From: a virus
Taxonomy: Duplodnaviria; Caudoviricetes
DNA length: 54,038 bases
Strand: one strand, 5' to 3'
IMG/VR virus record: IMGVR_UViG_3300048590_000251
Location: 1 to 54,038 of that record
Part shown: positions 1-8,183 of the stretch, piece by piece
Layout of the letters: the number at the start of each line of letters is the position of its first letter
Numbering within the stretch: the stretch's first letter is position 1
The notes under the pieces: generated by a model
Database searches by the model: none
The model's input: the letters and a program-made list of their open reading frames with translations, nothing else
What the model was told of the DNA's origin: nothing
Translations under genes and position numbers: made by a program

Positions 1-33
1 CGATTGTGGGCAGTCCAGAGGTCAGGGTTCATC

Positions 34-261
34 TCAAAACCCCTCCCTGATTGCGCGCAGATCGCTGCCTGCCTGCCGCATCGCCATGTCGAAAGCATCG
101 GCAAGGGTGCGGGCGTCGGCGGGGCCGGACGCGGGGACGGGGAGTTTCGGGGTGTAGTGGTGGTGCTGCGCGAAGCGGCAGAAGTCCTGCCAGCGGTGCA
201 GCGCGGGCCAGAGCCGCTTAACGATGGCGTCGAGGTCGGCGGTGGTCGGCAGCAGCAGCAT
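34..261 (-). CDS. Hypothetical protein (75 aa)
   Basis: Strong SD on the minus strand (aggaggatcatcATG) before ATG at 261; MLLLPTTADLDAIVKRLW... Confidence 0.6.
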   Translation of the reverse strand: MLLLPTTADLDAIVKRLWPALHRWQDFCRFAQHHHYTPKLPVPASGPADARTLADAFDMAMRQAGSDLRAIREGF

Positions 262-275
262 GATGATCCTCCTTG

Positions 276-313
276 AAAAGGCCCCGCCGGCGGGAAACGT
301 TAACCGGCGGGGC
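276..313 (-). terminator. Terminator-like hairpin
   Basis: CCCCGCCGG...CCGGCGGGG stem followed by TTTT on the minus strand. Confidence 0.45.
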
Positions 314-353
314 AAGTTGGCGGCGCGAGAGCAGTGACCGCGCCGCAGACGTT

Positions 354-665
354 TCAGTGGCTGTCGCTTCGGGCCGTTTTCAGATCCTCGATCCGCCGCG
401 CCAGCTTGTGTGCGACCGCCACGGCCTCGCTGCGCTTCCGGTAGGTGCCACGAAGCGGCTTCCCGACCCGCTCGGCGGCCCAGCCGATTATCCCGACGCA
501 TCCCTCCGGCATCGGGTCCGGATGCGACAAGACCCAGATCGGGCCGTATTCATCCATGTCCTCGGTGACGGTGAAACCGGGGCACCCTCGAACCTCGAAG
601 GATCTTCGCGGGGGTTCAGTGTCCGTCGATTTGCCGCTCATTTTGCCGCTCATTTTGCCGCTCAT
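354..665 (-). CDS. Hypothetical protein; start uncertain, N-terminal MSGK x3 is encoded by the arm-site repeats
   Basis: ORF 354..692 with protein-like composition. Confidence 0.45.
   Translation of the reverse strand: MSGKMSGKMSGKSTDTEPPRRSFEVRGCPGFTVTEDMDEYGPIWVLSHPDPMPEGCVGIIGWAAERVGKPLRGTYRKRSEAVAVAHKLARRIEDLKTARSDSH
629..664 (+). repeat. Three tandem 12-bp repeats (W)TTTGCCGCTCA, putative integrase arm-binding sites (left arm)
   Basis: Units at 629-640, 641-652, 653-664; near-identical units recur at 850-873. Confidence 0.75.
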
Positions 666-719
666 GTCCTTCATATCAGGAAGCGAGATCAATCTATTAG
701 GATAATTTCATCAGCGGTG

Positions 720-740
720 TGGCGGACACACTGTCCGCCA
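720..740. other. Putative attP core: TGGCGGA-CACACTG-TCCGCCA; right half resembles a tRNA 3' end (possibly tRNA-Ser)
   Basis: 7-bp inverted repeats around a 7-bp spacer, ends in CCA, flanked on both sides by arm repeats; IHF-like GATCAATCTATTA at 687-699; lies just upstream of the integrase. Confidence 0.7.
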
Positions 741-849
741 GCCTCAAGACTATCATCCCGAACCCCACAGCCTTGATCGCCCTTGTTTTCTTGTGGTTTC
801 GTCCACGCTATAGCACAAGACGGGCTAGATATGGTAGATATTTCTCCAA

Positions 850-873
850 CTTTGCTGCTCATTTTGCTGCTCA
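850..873 (+). repeat. Two tandem 12-bp repeats (Y)TTTGCTGCTCA, putative arm-binding sites (right arm)
   Basis: 850-861 and 862-873; one internal mismatch to the left-arm unit. Confidence 0.7.
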
Positions 874-916
874 AAACGCAGCGCCCAAATGCTTGCGGAA
901 TCGACAGGGACTTGCG

Positions 917-2227
917 ATGGAACAGGATGCTCAGACCACCGAACCGGCCGACATGACCATAACGCCCCGAGGCGCCGGGGGGATGCTGCACCTTCGCAAG
1001 CGGGTGCCGAAGCGATTCGCCTCGGTCGATGACCGGGCCTATGTCTGGATCAGCCTCAAGACAGACAGCCCCGAGATAGCCAGACAGAAGGCCCCCGTCG
1101 TCTGGAGCGAGATGTGCGCCGCATGGGAGGCGCGGCTCGCCGGAGATACGACAGGCGCCGAAGCCGCCTATGAGGCTGCCCGGAACCTCGCCCAGCGCCG
1201 CGGCTACCGATTCCTGTCTCCCTCCGAGATTGCCAGGCTGCCGCTGCCCGAAGTCCTCGACCGGATCGACGCGGTTCACGATCACCGCGGCCGCCCGATG
1301 AAGGCCGATGTCGGCGCGATCCTCGGTGCGGCGGCGCGACCGAAGATCACCGTCAGCGCCGCGCTGGAAACCTACTGGAAGCTGGCCGCTCCCGAGGTCG
1401 CCGGGAAGAGCCCGGATCAGATCCGGCGCTGGCGCAACCCGCGCATCAAGGCGTTCAGGAACTTCATCGACGTGATCGGGGACAAGCCCCTGGATGAGAT
1501 CACCGCCGACGACATGATCGACTTCACGACATGGTGGGGCGAGAAGATCGAGGCCGAAGGGCTGACCAGAAACAGCGGCAACAAGGATCTGGCCTATCTC
1601 GGCAGCACATGGCGCAAGGTGAACATGCGCAAGCGTCTCGGCCTGGTCCTGCCGCTCGACGGGATTTCGTTTGGCGAGGGAGAGGCGGCGCGGCGCCCGC
1701 CGTTCTCGGCCGACTGGATCAGGGACCGCCTGCTTGCTCCAGGCGCGCTGGACGGGCTGAACCCGGACGCCCGAGGCATCCTTCTCGGCATGGTCAACAC
1801 CGGCTATCGGCCCAGCGAGGGCGCCGCGCTGCGCCGCGCCCATATCCACCTGGACGACGAGACTCCCCATATCTCGATCGAGCCGGACGGGCGGCAGTTG
1901 AAGAGCCGCAATTCCCGCCGTCGCATCCCGCTGGTCGGCGTGAGCCTCGCGGCCTTCGAGGCGCACCCCGACGGCTTCCCCCGCTACTCCGACAACTCCG
2001 CGACCCTCTCGGCCACGGTCAACAAGTTCCTGCGCGAAAACGGCCTGATGGAGTCCCCGAAGCACGTCTTCTACTCGCTGCGCCACAGCTTCGAGAGCCG
2101 CATGATGAAGGCCGGGATTGACGACAGGATCAGACGAGAACTGTTCGGCCACGCCCTGAATCGGGAGCGATACGGCGAGGTCGATCTCGCCCATGCCGCC
2201 GAACTCCTGCGGGGGATCGCGCTCTGA
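917..2227 (+). CDS. int: Tyrosine integrase with DUF6538-like N-terminal domain
   Basis: LHLRKRVPKRF N-terminus; catalytic motifs GYRPSE, LKSRNS, FYSLRHSF, LFGH, ERYG. Start 917 or 953. Confidence 0.93.
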   Translation: MEQDAQTTEPADMTITPRGAGGMLHLRKRVPKRFASVDDRAYVWISLKTDSPEIARQKAPVVWSEMCAAWEARLAGDTTGAEAAYEAARNLAQRRGYRFLSPSEIARLPLPEVLDRIDAVHDHRGRPMKADVGAILGAAARPKITVSAALETYWKLAAPEVAGKSPDQIRRWRNPRIKAFRNFIDVIGDKPLDEITADDMIDFTTWWGEKIEAEGLTRNSGNKDLAYLGSTWRKVNMRKRLGLVLPLDGISFGEGEAARRPPFSADWIRDRLLAPGALDGLNPDARGILLGMVNTGYRPSEGAALRRAHIHLDDETPHISIEPDGRQLKSRNSRRRIPLVGVSLAAFEAHPDGFPRYSDNSATLSATVNKFLRENGLMESPKHVFYSLRHSFESRMMKAGIDDRIRRELFGHALNRERYGEVDLAHAAELLRGIAL

Positions 2228-2235
2228 GAGGCGCA

Positions 2236-2577
2236 TCAGAACCCGCCCTTCCGCTTGCCGGAAACGACCGTTCTGTCACGAGCCGTCCCGACATCGTAGC
2301 CAAATCTCTTCACGATATTTGTGGCTGCTGACGCATCCTCGTAAAGCCACGCGTCGCGCAGTTGCTGGATGGCGATTGCATATCGAAGCGCATCGCCACC
2401 GGCGGCGCAGGGACCGATTTCGATGCCACGATGCCACATTCTAAGCGGGTCGAATCCAGTTCCGGAGAAGGCTGTGAACTCCAGCGAAGACAAGTCCATT
2501 GCCACGGTCTCTTGCCCGACCCACCTGGGCGTAAGAAGGTGGGTGGCCCACGCCACGCTTCGGGATTCATCCGGCAT
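2236..2577 (-). CDS. Hypothetical protein
   Basis: Last ORF of the leftward operon; SD ggaggt before ATG at 2577. Confidence 0.55.
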   Translation of the reverse strand: MPDESRSVAWATHLLTPRWVGQETVAMDLSSLEFTAFSGTGFDPLRMWHRGIEIGPCAAGGDALRYAIAIQQLRDAWLYEDASAATNIVKRFGYDVGTARDRTVVSGKRKGGF

Positions 2578-2773
2578 GATCGTCACCTCCGGGATGGACG
2601 GTCCCCCCATGCTCTCCCATCACCTTCAGCCCCGGAAGAAGATCACAGTTATCGTCCAGTATCTGTTGCGGGTCCGACCCATGCAGGACGATGCTATAGC
2701 GCCCGTCCGGACCGTCATATTCGCAAACCCAAGCCGTCATGCCGGGGATGCGCTGCGGCGGAGTGAAAATCAT
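2567..2773 (-). CDS. Hypothetical protein (68 aa)
   Basis: ATGA coupling to the upstream ORF. Confidence 0.65.
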   Translation of the reverse strand: MIFTPPQRIPGMTAWVCEYDGPDGRYSIVLHGSDPQQILDDNCDLLPGLKVMGEHGGTVHPGGDDHAG

Positions 2774-2964
2774 CCCTCCGCCCTCTTGGCCCTGACCTTC
2801 ATCCGCGCCGCCGCAACCGGATCGCTCACCAGCGCGCTTTCGGCGGCGGCCAGTTCTTCATCCAGACGCTCGAAGATCGGCGCCAGCGCGTCATGCTCAA
2901 GCAGCAGGGCGGCGGCGCGGCGGTGCGCGAGGCGGAGACGGTCGATGCTTTCAGCGAGCGTCAT
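2770..2964 (-). CDS. Small helical protein, possible integrase accessory
   Basis: Coupled ORF containing LAPIFERLDEEL; function inferred from position only. Confidence 0.65.
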   Translation of the reverse strand: MTLAESIDRLRLAHRRAAALLLEHDALAPIFERLDEELAAAESALVSDPVAAARMKVRAKRAEG

Positions 2965-3344
2965 TGCACCCCCCGCAATCCCGCAATGATCGCTTCAAGC
3001 CGGCTCACCCCTTCGTTGGCACGAAGATCTTTAAGGGCCGCGTCCAACTCTTCGGAGACATCCTCGAACACTTTCCGCGCGATCCAACGGATCACCTCAT
3101 CGCGCGCCTCCTCGACACGGTAACGATGAGGCTCTGAACCGCGCCTGACAATCCTCGTCGCTCCAAGCCGGATGTCGAAGTGGTAGGTGGGGGCGTTGCT
3201 GTAATCATCCAGTTCCAGTCGCAACAGGGATTGCATGATCGGCGGCAGCAACGCGACATCCAGCGTCTTGCCGGGGGTGGATCGAACCCCTGCACGCAGA
3301 GCCGTCAGAAATCTCGGAATGAACGGGGCCGGGTTTTCCATCAC
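2961..3344 (-). CDS. Hypothetical protein (127 aa)
   Basis: Overlapping start/stop codons with both neighbours. Confidence 0.65.
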   Translation of the reverse strand: MMENPAPFIPRFLTALRAGVRSTPGKTLDVALLPPIMQSLLRLELDDYSNAPTYHFDIRLGATRIVRRGSEPHRYRVEEARDEVIRWIARKVFEDVSEELDAALKDLRANEGVSRLEAIIAGLRGVQ

Positions 3345-3601
3345 ATGCCCAGCGCGGCTTTATACATCTCAAGGATCGCCTCTTCCTCGGCGATGTCATC
3401 CTTGTCGCGCTTCCGGAGCGCGATCACCTTGCGCATGACCTTGGTGTCGTAGCCGCGCCCCTTGGCCTCGGCCATGACTTCCTTCTGCTGGTCGGCGATG
3501 TCCGTCTTTTCTGCGGCCAGCGCCTCGAATCTTTCGATGAACTGACGCAATTCGTCAGCGGTGACGCTGTAGGTCGCGTCGGGAATATTGGGGGTATTCA
3601 T
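3341..3601 (-). CDS. gapR: GapR / DUF2312 (UPF0335) nucleoid-associated protein
   Basis: ADELRQFIERFEALAAEK...KEVMAEAKGRGYDTKVMRKVIALRK...EEEAILEMYKAALGM. Confidence 0.92.
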   Translation of the reverse strand: MNTPNIPDATYSVTADELRQFIERFEALAAEKTDIADQQKEVMAEAKGRGYDTKVMRKVIALRKRDKDDIAEEEAILEMYKAALGM

Positions 3602-3626
3602 TCTGTTCTCCCTCTCGAAGCCTTCG

Positions 3627-3893
3627 TCACTCCGGCAGAACGCCGGACACCACCATGTCGCCGCCCGCATCCCGGACCGGCACCAGGTATTTCGTCACCG
3701 AGATTGCGCGGGTGCGGCTGGGCAGTCTCTCGATCAGCCCCTCCGACTCCAGCACGTCGAGCCCCAGAGAAACCCTGCTCTTCGACCGGACGCCCCATGC
3801 GTCCGCGATTTCGGCAAAGGACGGCCCGACACCGCGACCGGCGCGCATCAGGCGCAGCAGCGCCGCAAAGCGCCACCAGTCCAGAGTCCTCAC
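3627..3893 (-). CDS. LexA-like winged-HTH DNA-binding domain without peptidase domain
   Basis: PSFAEIADAWGVRSKSRV...LESEGLIERLPSRTRAISV resembles the alphaproteobacterial LexA N-domain. Confidence 0.75.
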   Translation of the reverse strand: MRTLDWWRFAALLRLMRAGRGVGPSFAEIADAWGVRSKSRVSLGLDVLESEGLIERLPSRTRAISVTKYLVPVRDAGGDMVVSGVLPE

Positions 3894-4102
3894 GGCAGCC
3901 CCGCAAGGTGCAGACTGGTGGCCCCGCCGCCGATCCCCACGGCCAGGAACGCAGTTGCCGCCCAGATCAGCGCCTGTGCGCGAGCCATGGCCTCGCCCCG
4001 GCTTTCCGGGCGCATCGCGCCGGCGCGGTGCGCATGGTGCAGCGATGCCGCCAGCGCGGCCAGCCCCGCGAAAGCCGCGGAGACAGCGATAGTCGCCATC
4101 AT
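3890..4102 (-). CDS. Small protein with two hydrophobic segments
   Basis: MMATIAVSAAFAGLAALAA...LIWAATAFLAVGIG; SD ggagga; coupled to neighbours. Confidence 0.6.
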   Translation of the reverse strand: MMATIAVSAAFAGLAALAASLHHAHRAGAMRPESRGEAMARAQALIWAATAFLAVGIGGGATSLHLAGLP

Positions 4103-4482
4103 TTCCTCCAAGCCTCCCTGATGATCCTGCCGGTGGCGCGCTCGATCACGGCGCCATTGATGCACCTCTTGAACGGCGAGGCTACGGACCCTGCCACGAT
4201 ATGCCGCGGCGCCCGGTAGGTGCCGTCGTGCTTCGCCTTCACGCGCTTCGCCTTGGCGATCTTCCGGATGTCCTTCGCAGTTTTTCCGGCGTGACATCCG
4301 ACATGCGCAGGGCGCCAGTTGTCGAACGTGTCGGCGCCACCAAGCGCGAGCGGAACGACATGCTCGACCTCGAAATCTTCGCGGGCGAGATTGATCCGAC
4401 TGCCGCAGATGTGGCACTCCCCGCCGTGCGCGTGATGCACGGCGAGGCGTTGCTTCTTCGTGAGGCGGCGACGGTCAGACAC
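4099..4482 (-). CDS. HNH endonuclease
   Basis: CHICG...EVEHVVPLALGGADTFDNWRPAHVGCH. Confidence 0.9.
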   Translation of the reverse strand: MSDRRRLTKKQRLAVHHAHGGECHICGSRINLAREDFEVEHVVPLALGGADTFDNWRPAHVGCHAGKTAKDIRKIAKAKRVKAKHDGTYRAPRHIVAGSVASPFKRCINGAVIERATGRIIREAWRK

Positions 4483-5605
4483 CGAGCGACCCCTGTTCCT
4501 CTTCGCTACCGCCGGTGTCTTCTCCGTTCAGGAGAAAAGCATCGGCCTCCTCCATCAGACGACCGTGAAGCGCCGGATCGGCGGCCTTCATCCGATCCAG
4601 GGTTTCGGACCTGTCTTCCAGATCCACGGCCGGATCGGCGCCATCCATCCATCCTGCGACAAGCATCTCATAGAAGGCGGTCCAGTCCTCGGCATCGGCC
4701 TTCGTGTTGGGCTTCTGTCCGGCTTGCGTCTTTTCTTCCGGTTTCGGCTTTGCCGCAGTCTTCCGCTCGGCCGGCGGCGCAACCTTTCGCTCCGGTTCCG
4801 GGTCGGGCTGGACCTCACCCGTCACCTCATCAAAGTCACCCTCGATCGTCATGTCATCGAGCGGGTTATAGCCGGGCTCCGGCAGAGTGTTCGCCCCGGC
4901 GCGCTCGTCGGCCCGGATCGCGGCCAGGAACTCGTTCGCCATCGGCATTTCGCCGGCATTCGCCAGCGCCCGCAGCGCGGTCTTTGCCGCCATCCTGTCG
5001 GTATGGGTGTGCCAAGGACTCTTGGCGGTCTTCCCGTATTTGACCGCCGACTGCCAGCCCTGCGACTGATCGCGGGTTTTCAGAACCTGCGCCCATGGCA
5101 GGACCGTGAAGGCTTCGCCATCACGCAGCTTCACGTAGCAATAGGCGTGCGTCGGCTTTCCCAGCCGCGGGCCGGGCTTGTGCCGAAGGTGAACGCCCGA
5201 GCCATATTCGTAGGTCCAGAGGTCATCATCGCTGTAGACGACATCGGAATGGATCGACACCACCGAGGGGTGGCGCCGTGCCAGATCGGCCATGCCCTTG
5301 TAGCCGATGACGAAGGTGCATTCCTTGCCGTAGGGGATAAGGAAGGCGTGCTGCTGGACCGTGTTCGGCTCCAGACCCAGAGTCGCGCACTGGATCATGG
5401 CGTTGAACACGCTCATCGGGTCGCAATCCCCGATCTTCGGGGTGCGGCGCAGGGCTTCGATGGTCAGCTTGACCAGCTTGTCGGCACCAAGCTGCTTGGT
5501 GGCGATGGAGGCAAGGCGCGTCTCGGCCTCCTTGTTGACCAGCAGTTGCCGGACATTCTGAACCTGGCGCAGAGGCAGCGCCTCGACCGTGGAAAGATCG
5601 CTCAC
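4475..5605 (-). CDS. recT: RecT-family single-strand annealing protein
   Basis: CATLGLEPN...AFLIPYG...FVIGYKGMADLARR...PW...DRMAAKTALR. Confidence 0.92.
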   Translation of the reverse strand: MSDLSTVEALPLRQVQNVRQLLVNKEAETRLASIATKQLGADKLVKLTIEALRRTPKIGDCDPMSVFNAMIQCATLGLEPNTVQQHAFLIPYGKECTFVIGYKGMADLARRHPSVVSIHSDVVYSDDDLWTYEYGSGVHLRHKPGPRLGKPTHAYCYVKLRDGEAFTVLPWAQVLKTRDQSQGWQSAVKYGKTAKSPWHTHTDRMAAKTALRALANAGEMPMANEFLAAIRADERAGANTLPEPGYNPLDDMTIEGDFDEVTGEVQPDPEPERKVAPPAERKTAAKPKPEEKTQAGQKPNTKADAEDWTAFYEMLVAGWMDGADPAVDLEDRSETLDRMKAADPALHGRLMEEADAFLLNGEDTGGSEEEQGSLGV

Positions 5606-6336
5606 GCGATGGACTCCTTTTCCTTGACGATGAAGCCGGGGATCTGCTTGCGTCCCTCCTTCGAGCGGATTTCGGCGGTGGCCAGGCGCTCCAGAACCGC
5701 AACCACTTCCGGATGGTCGCGGAACTGCATGAAGGCGAGGCTGGCGTTGTCGATCACGGCGAAGCGCATCGTGCGCAAGGCCATGGTCCGGCCGCCGCCG
5801 GTCGCGGATTGCACGTTGGTCTTCACCGGGCGGGCGGCCGCCTTGGCGGCCTTCTCGGCCTCCTTCGCGGCCGCTTCAGCCTCGGCCTGTCCGACGACAT
5901 CGTTTCGGGCCTGTGCCTCGCTCGCAAGGCGTGCGGCCTCTGCGGCGGCTTCAGCGGCGGCTCTCTGTTCGGCCATCCGCCTTTCTTCCGCCGCGCGCCG
6001 CTCCCGCGTCGCGAAGTCCGCCAGTTTCGGGCTGGTCTTCGACACCAGCAGATCGAGCGGCGCGATCAGGCGGGCGAAACTCTCCTGCACCGCCTTCGCC
6101 GCCTCATCGAAAGGTTTCTTCGCGGCGACGCGGGCGGCATCGACCTCCTTTTTCAGCGCCTTGGCGCCACTCAGGAAATCCGCAAGCAGGGATGCCTGTT
6201 CCGCATCCTCGATCGAGGCGACCTCGATCCACGCCGCGCCCTTGTCGGCATAGTCGTAGACCTTCCGGGCGATTTCCGCGGGCGGCGTCGTTACCGGGGG
6301 CATGTTGTGCCCGATGCCGGGCGTGAGTTCATTCAT
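5602..6336 (-). CDS. Coiled-coil hypothetical protein
   Basis: GIGHN N-terminal motif, Ala/Glu/Lys-rich helices, coupled to recT. Confidence 0.8.
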   Translation of the reverse strand: MNELTPGIGHNMPPVTTPPAEIARKVYDYADKGAAWIEVASIEDAEQASLLADFLSGAKALKKEVDAARVAAKKPFDEAAKAVQESFARLIAPLDLLVSKTSPKLADFATRERRAAEERRMAEQRAAAEAAAEAARLASEAQARNDVVGQAEAEAAAKEAEKAAKAAARPVKTNVQSATGGGRTMALRTMRFAVIDNASLAFMQFRDHPEVVAVLERLATAEIRSKEGRKQIPGFIVKEKESIA

Positions 6337-6338
6337 GG

Positions 6339-6692
6339 TCAGGCGTCCTTCCTGCTGGTTTTCTGTTCGAGGAGCGCGATTTCGAGCGTCAGCAGCGACA
6401 ACCTGTTCTCCAGGCTTTCGGCCGCATCGAGTTCGACCGGAACACGGCCCCGCAGGGCGCGCAGGATTGTCGCGCGGCTATGCCGCCGGCCGATCAGATC
6501 GCGGATCTCGCTGATCGGAAAGCCGCAGTCCCGCATCCGAAGGATGAAGGTGATCCGCTCGACCTGTTCCTCGTTGTAAATCCGGGACGTGCCGCGCCGC
6601 TCCGGCGCAAGAAGCCCCTGATCCTCGTAGAAGCGCAGAGCCCTCGCGGTCACGTCGAAGCGGCCACGCACCTGCTGAATGGTCAGGCCCAT
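6339..6692 (-). CDS. MerR-family HTH regulator
   Basis: LTIQQV...FDVTARALRFYEDQGLLAPERRGTSRIY...GFPISEI. Confidence 0.88.
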   Translation of the reverse strand: MGLTIQQVRGRFDVTARALRFYEDQGLLAPERRGTSRIYNEEQVERITFILRMRDCGFPISEIRDLIGRRHSRATILRALRGRVPVELDAAESLENRLSLLTLEIALLEQKTSRKDA

Positions 6693-7078
6693 GCCGACCT
6701 CCTTGGCTGCACGATGGTTCTGGTCAGGTCGATCTGGGCGTGAGTGGCGGCCATCGCTGCGGCGCTGCCATGCAGATCGACCAGCGCGATATAGGCATCC
6801 CGACTTATCGCGGTGCAGTAGGGCCAGACCCAGACAGGATCGACGGCGTTCCCGAGCCAGTCAGCCCGGACCTCTTCCGGCGCAACCAGTTCTCCAGTCA
6901 TCGGGTCGATGTCCTGGTCAAGCCAGATGCGGACCGGGACGAACGGGCCATCCTTGACGAACCGCCGCCGATACCAGCCTACCTCTGGCTCATCCTCGAA
7001 CCTTGGCGGGCGCAGGCCCGCGATGGTGGCTCGGTGCCACGCAAGTTGCGTTTCGATGGAGGTGGGTTGCCGTATCAT
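6683..7078 (-). CDS. Hypothetical protein (131 aa), first clear gene of the leftward operon
   Basis: Protein-like ORF (GWYRRRFVKDGPFVPVRIW). Confidence 0.75.
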   Translation of the reverse strand: MIRQPTSIETQLAWHRATIAGLRPPRFEDEPEVGWYRRRFVKDGPFVPVRIWLDQDIDPMTGELVAPEEVRADWLGNAVDPVWVWPYCTAISRDAYIALVDLHGSAAAMAATHAQIDLTRTIVQPRRSAWA

Positions 7079-7165
7079 CGGACGTTCCGTCCGATCCTGA
7101 GCGTCATCCTGACAGTCACCGGCAGTCTCCCGAAGATGGCAAAGCGTTCAAGCGCGCCCTACCCT

Positions 7166-7248
7166 CCGGTAAATGGACTTTTCTCCCTAGTCAAGAGTAT
7201 TCTCCACAAACCCTTGGCAAGGGCGAAACTGGAAACGGAGTATTCTCG
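7166..7248 (-). promoter_or_regulatory. Leftward promoter with three operator sites
   Basis: Minus-strand -35 TTGACT (7194-7189); 12-bp sites GGACTTTTCTCC 7175-7186, AGAGTATTCTCC 7194-7205, GGAGTATTCTCG 7237-7248. Confidence 0.65.
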
Positions 7249-7317
7249 TGCGGCTCATGGCAATCGGGCAGCAAGTCGTTACCACTAGGACGGGATAATC
7301 CAGAAAGGGAGGTCGCG

Positions 7318-7500
7318 GTGAAGGCGAGCGCAACGGACAAACCGGCGATTTCCGATCTTGTCGGGCAACTGGACGAATCGGAGCGGGCGTCGCTAAGGGC
7401 GGTCCTGACTCTGGCCCTCAGGTTTTCCGGCGATGAGAGAGCAGCCCTTCTAGTTGCGCTCGAACGATCTCTTGCTCCGTCGGGGTCAGCCGGGCGATGA
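7318..7500 (+). CDS. 60-aa protein antisense to the repressor 3' end; candidate antirepressor
   Basis: SD GGGAGG 5 nt before GTG at 7318; amphipathic helical sequence. Confidence 0.55.
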   Translation: MKASATDKPAISDLVGQLDESERASLRAVLTLALRFSGDERAALLVALERSLAPSGSAGR

Positions 7501-7738
7501 GCGTCAGAATGTCGCTGTTCTCGACCTCTGGAATGTCGCCGATGAACTCCTCGACGGTCTTCCCGAAAAACCGGGCGATCCGCAGAGCGTCATGGACATT
7601 CGTGCTGGCGACCTTGCGCTGACGCAGCTTCTCCATCTGGTCGCGAGACACGCCGGTCGCATCCGCCACCTGGCGTGTGTTGAAGCCGGCAGCGTCGAGA
7701 TGCGCGATGAACGCTTCGCGGAAACGTAACTTGTCCAT
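7418..7738 (-). CDS. XRE-family HTH immunity repressor (106 aa, no S24 peptidase domain)
   Basis: NTRQVADATGVSRDQMEKL...ALRIARFFGKTVEEFIG; divergent from a Cro-like gene. Confidence 0.85.
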   Translation of the reverse strand: MDKLRFREAFIAHLDAAGFNTRQVADATGVSRDQMEKLRQRKVASTNVHDALRIARFFGKTVEEFIGDIPEVENSDILTLIARLTPTEQEIVRAQLEGLLSHRRKT

Positions 7739-7754
7739 GAGGAAACTTGTAGCC

Positions 7755-7839
7755 GGACTATCCTCGCATGGCGATATCCCCTGCGAAAAACCGGTCGGGA
7801 TAAAACTCTCTTGACCGTTCTGGAGAAAAATCCTACTCG
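7755..7839 (+). promoter_or_regulatory. Rightward promoter with three operator sites
   Basis: TTGACC(7811)-N17-TACTCG(7834); sites GGACTATCCTCG 7755-7766, GGATAAAACTCT 7798-7809, GGAGAAAAATCC 7822-7833. Confidence 0.7.
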
Positions 7840-7847
7840 TCGCAATC

Positions 7848-8129
7848 ATGCTGAACATTCCCAAACTGATCCGGGACGTCAATGCCTTCTGCGAAGAGTT
7901 CGGCATCATCCCGGCGACGGTCGCCAACGCGGCCCTTGATGACACTTACGGCCTGGTCAGACTGATCCGGGCCGGAGAAAAGAACGACGCCAAGGCCAGA
8001 AAAATAAGGGCCTACATGGCTGAGAGGCGCCGCGCAGCCCGACGTAAAGTCGATCTCTCGCAAGAAAAAGTGCCGCAAGGGAAACAGTCGGTTTCGCGGA
8101 CGGCGCATGATGACCAGCGCGGGGAGTAG
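7848..8129 (+). CDS. Cro-like regulator
   Basis: Divergent from the repressor; short helical protein; no SD, ATG about 8 nt after the -10 (possibly leaderless). Confidence 0.7.
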   Translation: MLNIPKLIRDVNAFCEEFGIIPATVANAALDDTYGLVRLIRAGEKNDAKARKIRAYMAERRRAARRKVDLSQEKVPQGKQSVSRTAHDDQRGE

Positions 8130-8183
8130 GGCGACCCACCCGGTTCCGACCGTCCCGCCTGCGGGTTACGGCGGGCATCGGTA

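Noticed and set aside
720-740. Possible tRNA gene
   Set aside because: Only a 3' end-like fragment; no T-loop or cloverleaf upstream.
689-2236. 515-aa minus-strand ORF opposite the integrase
   Set aside because: Antisense shadow of a GC3-biased gene; no motifs.
4460-6579. Long plus-strand ORFs (597 and 288 aa) opposite recT and neighbours
   Set aside because: Antisense shadows; the minus-strand genes carry the motifs and coupling.
7200-7320. SOS box upstream of the candidate antirepressor
   Set aside because: No GTTC-N7-GTTC or GAAC-N7-GAAC found by eye, so SOS control is not claimed.
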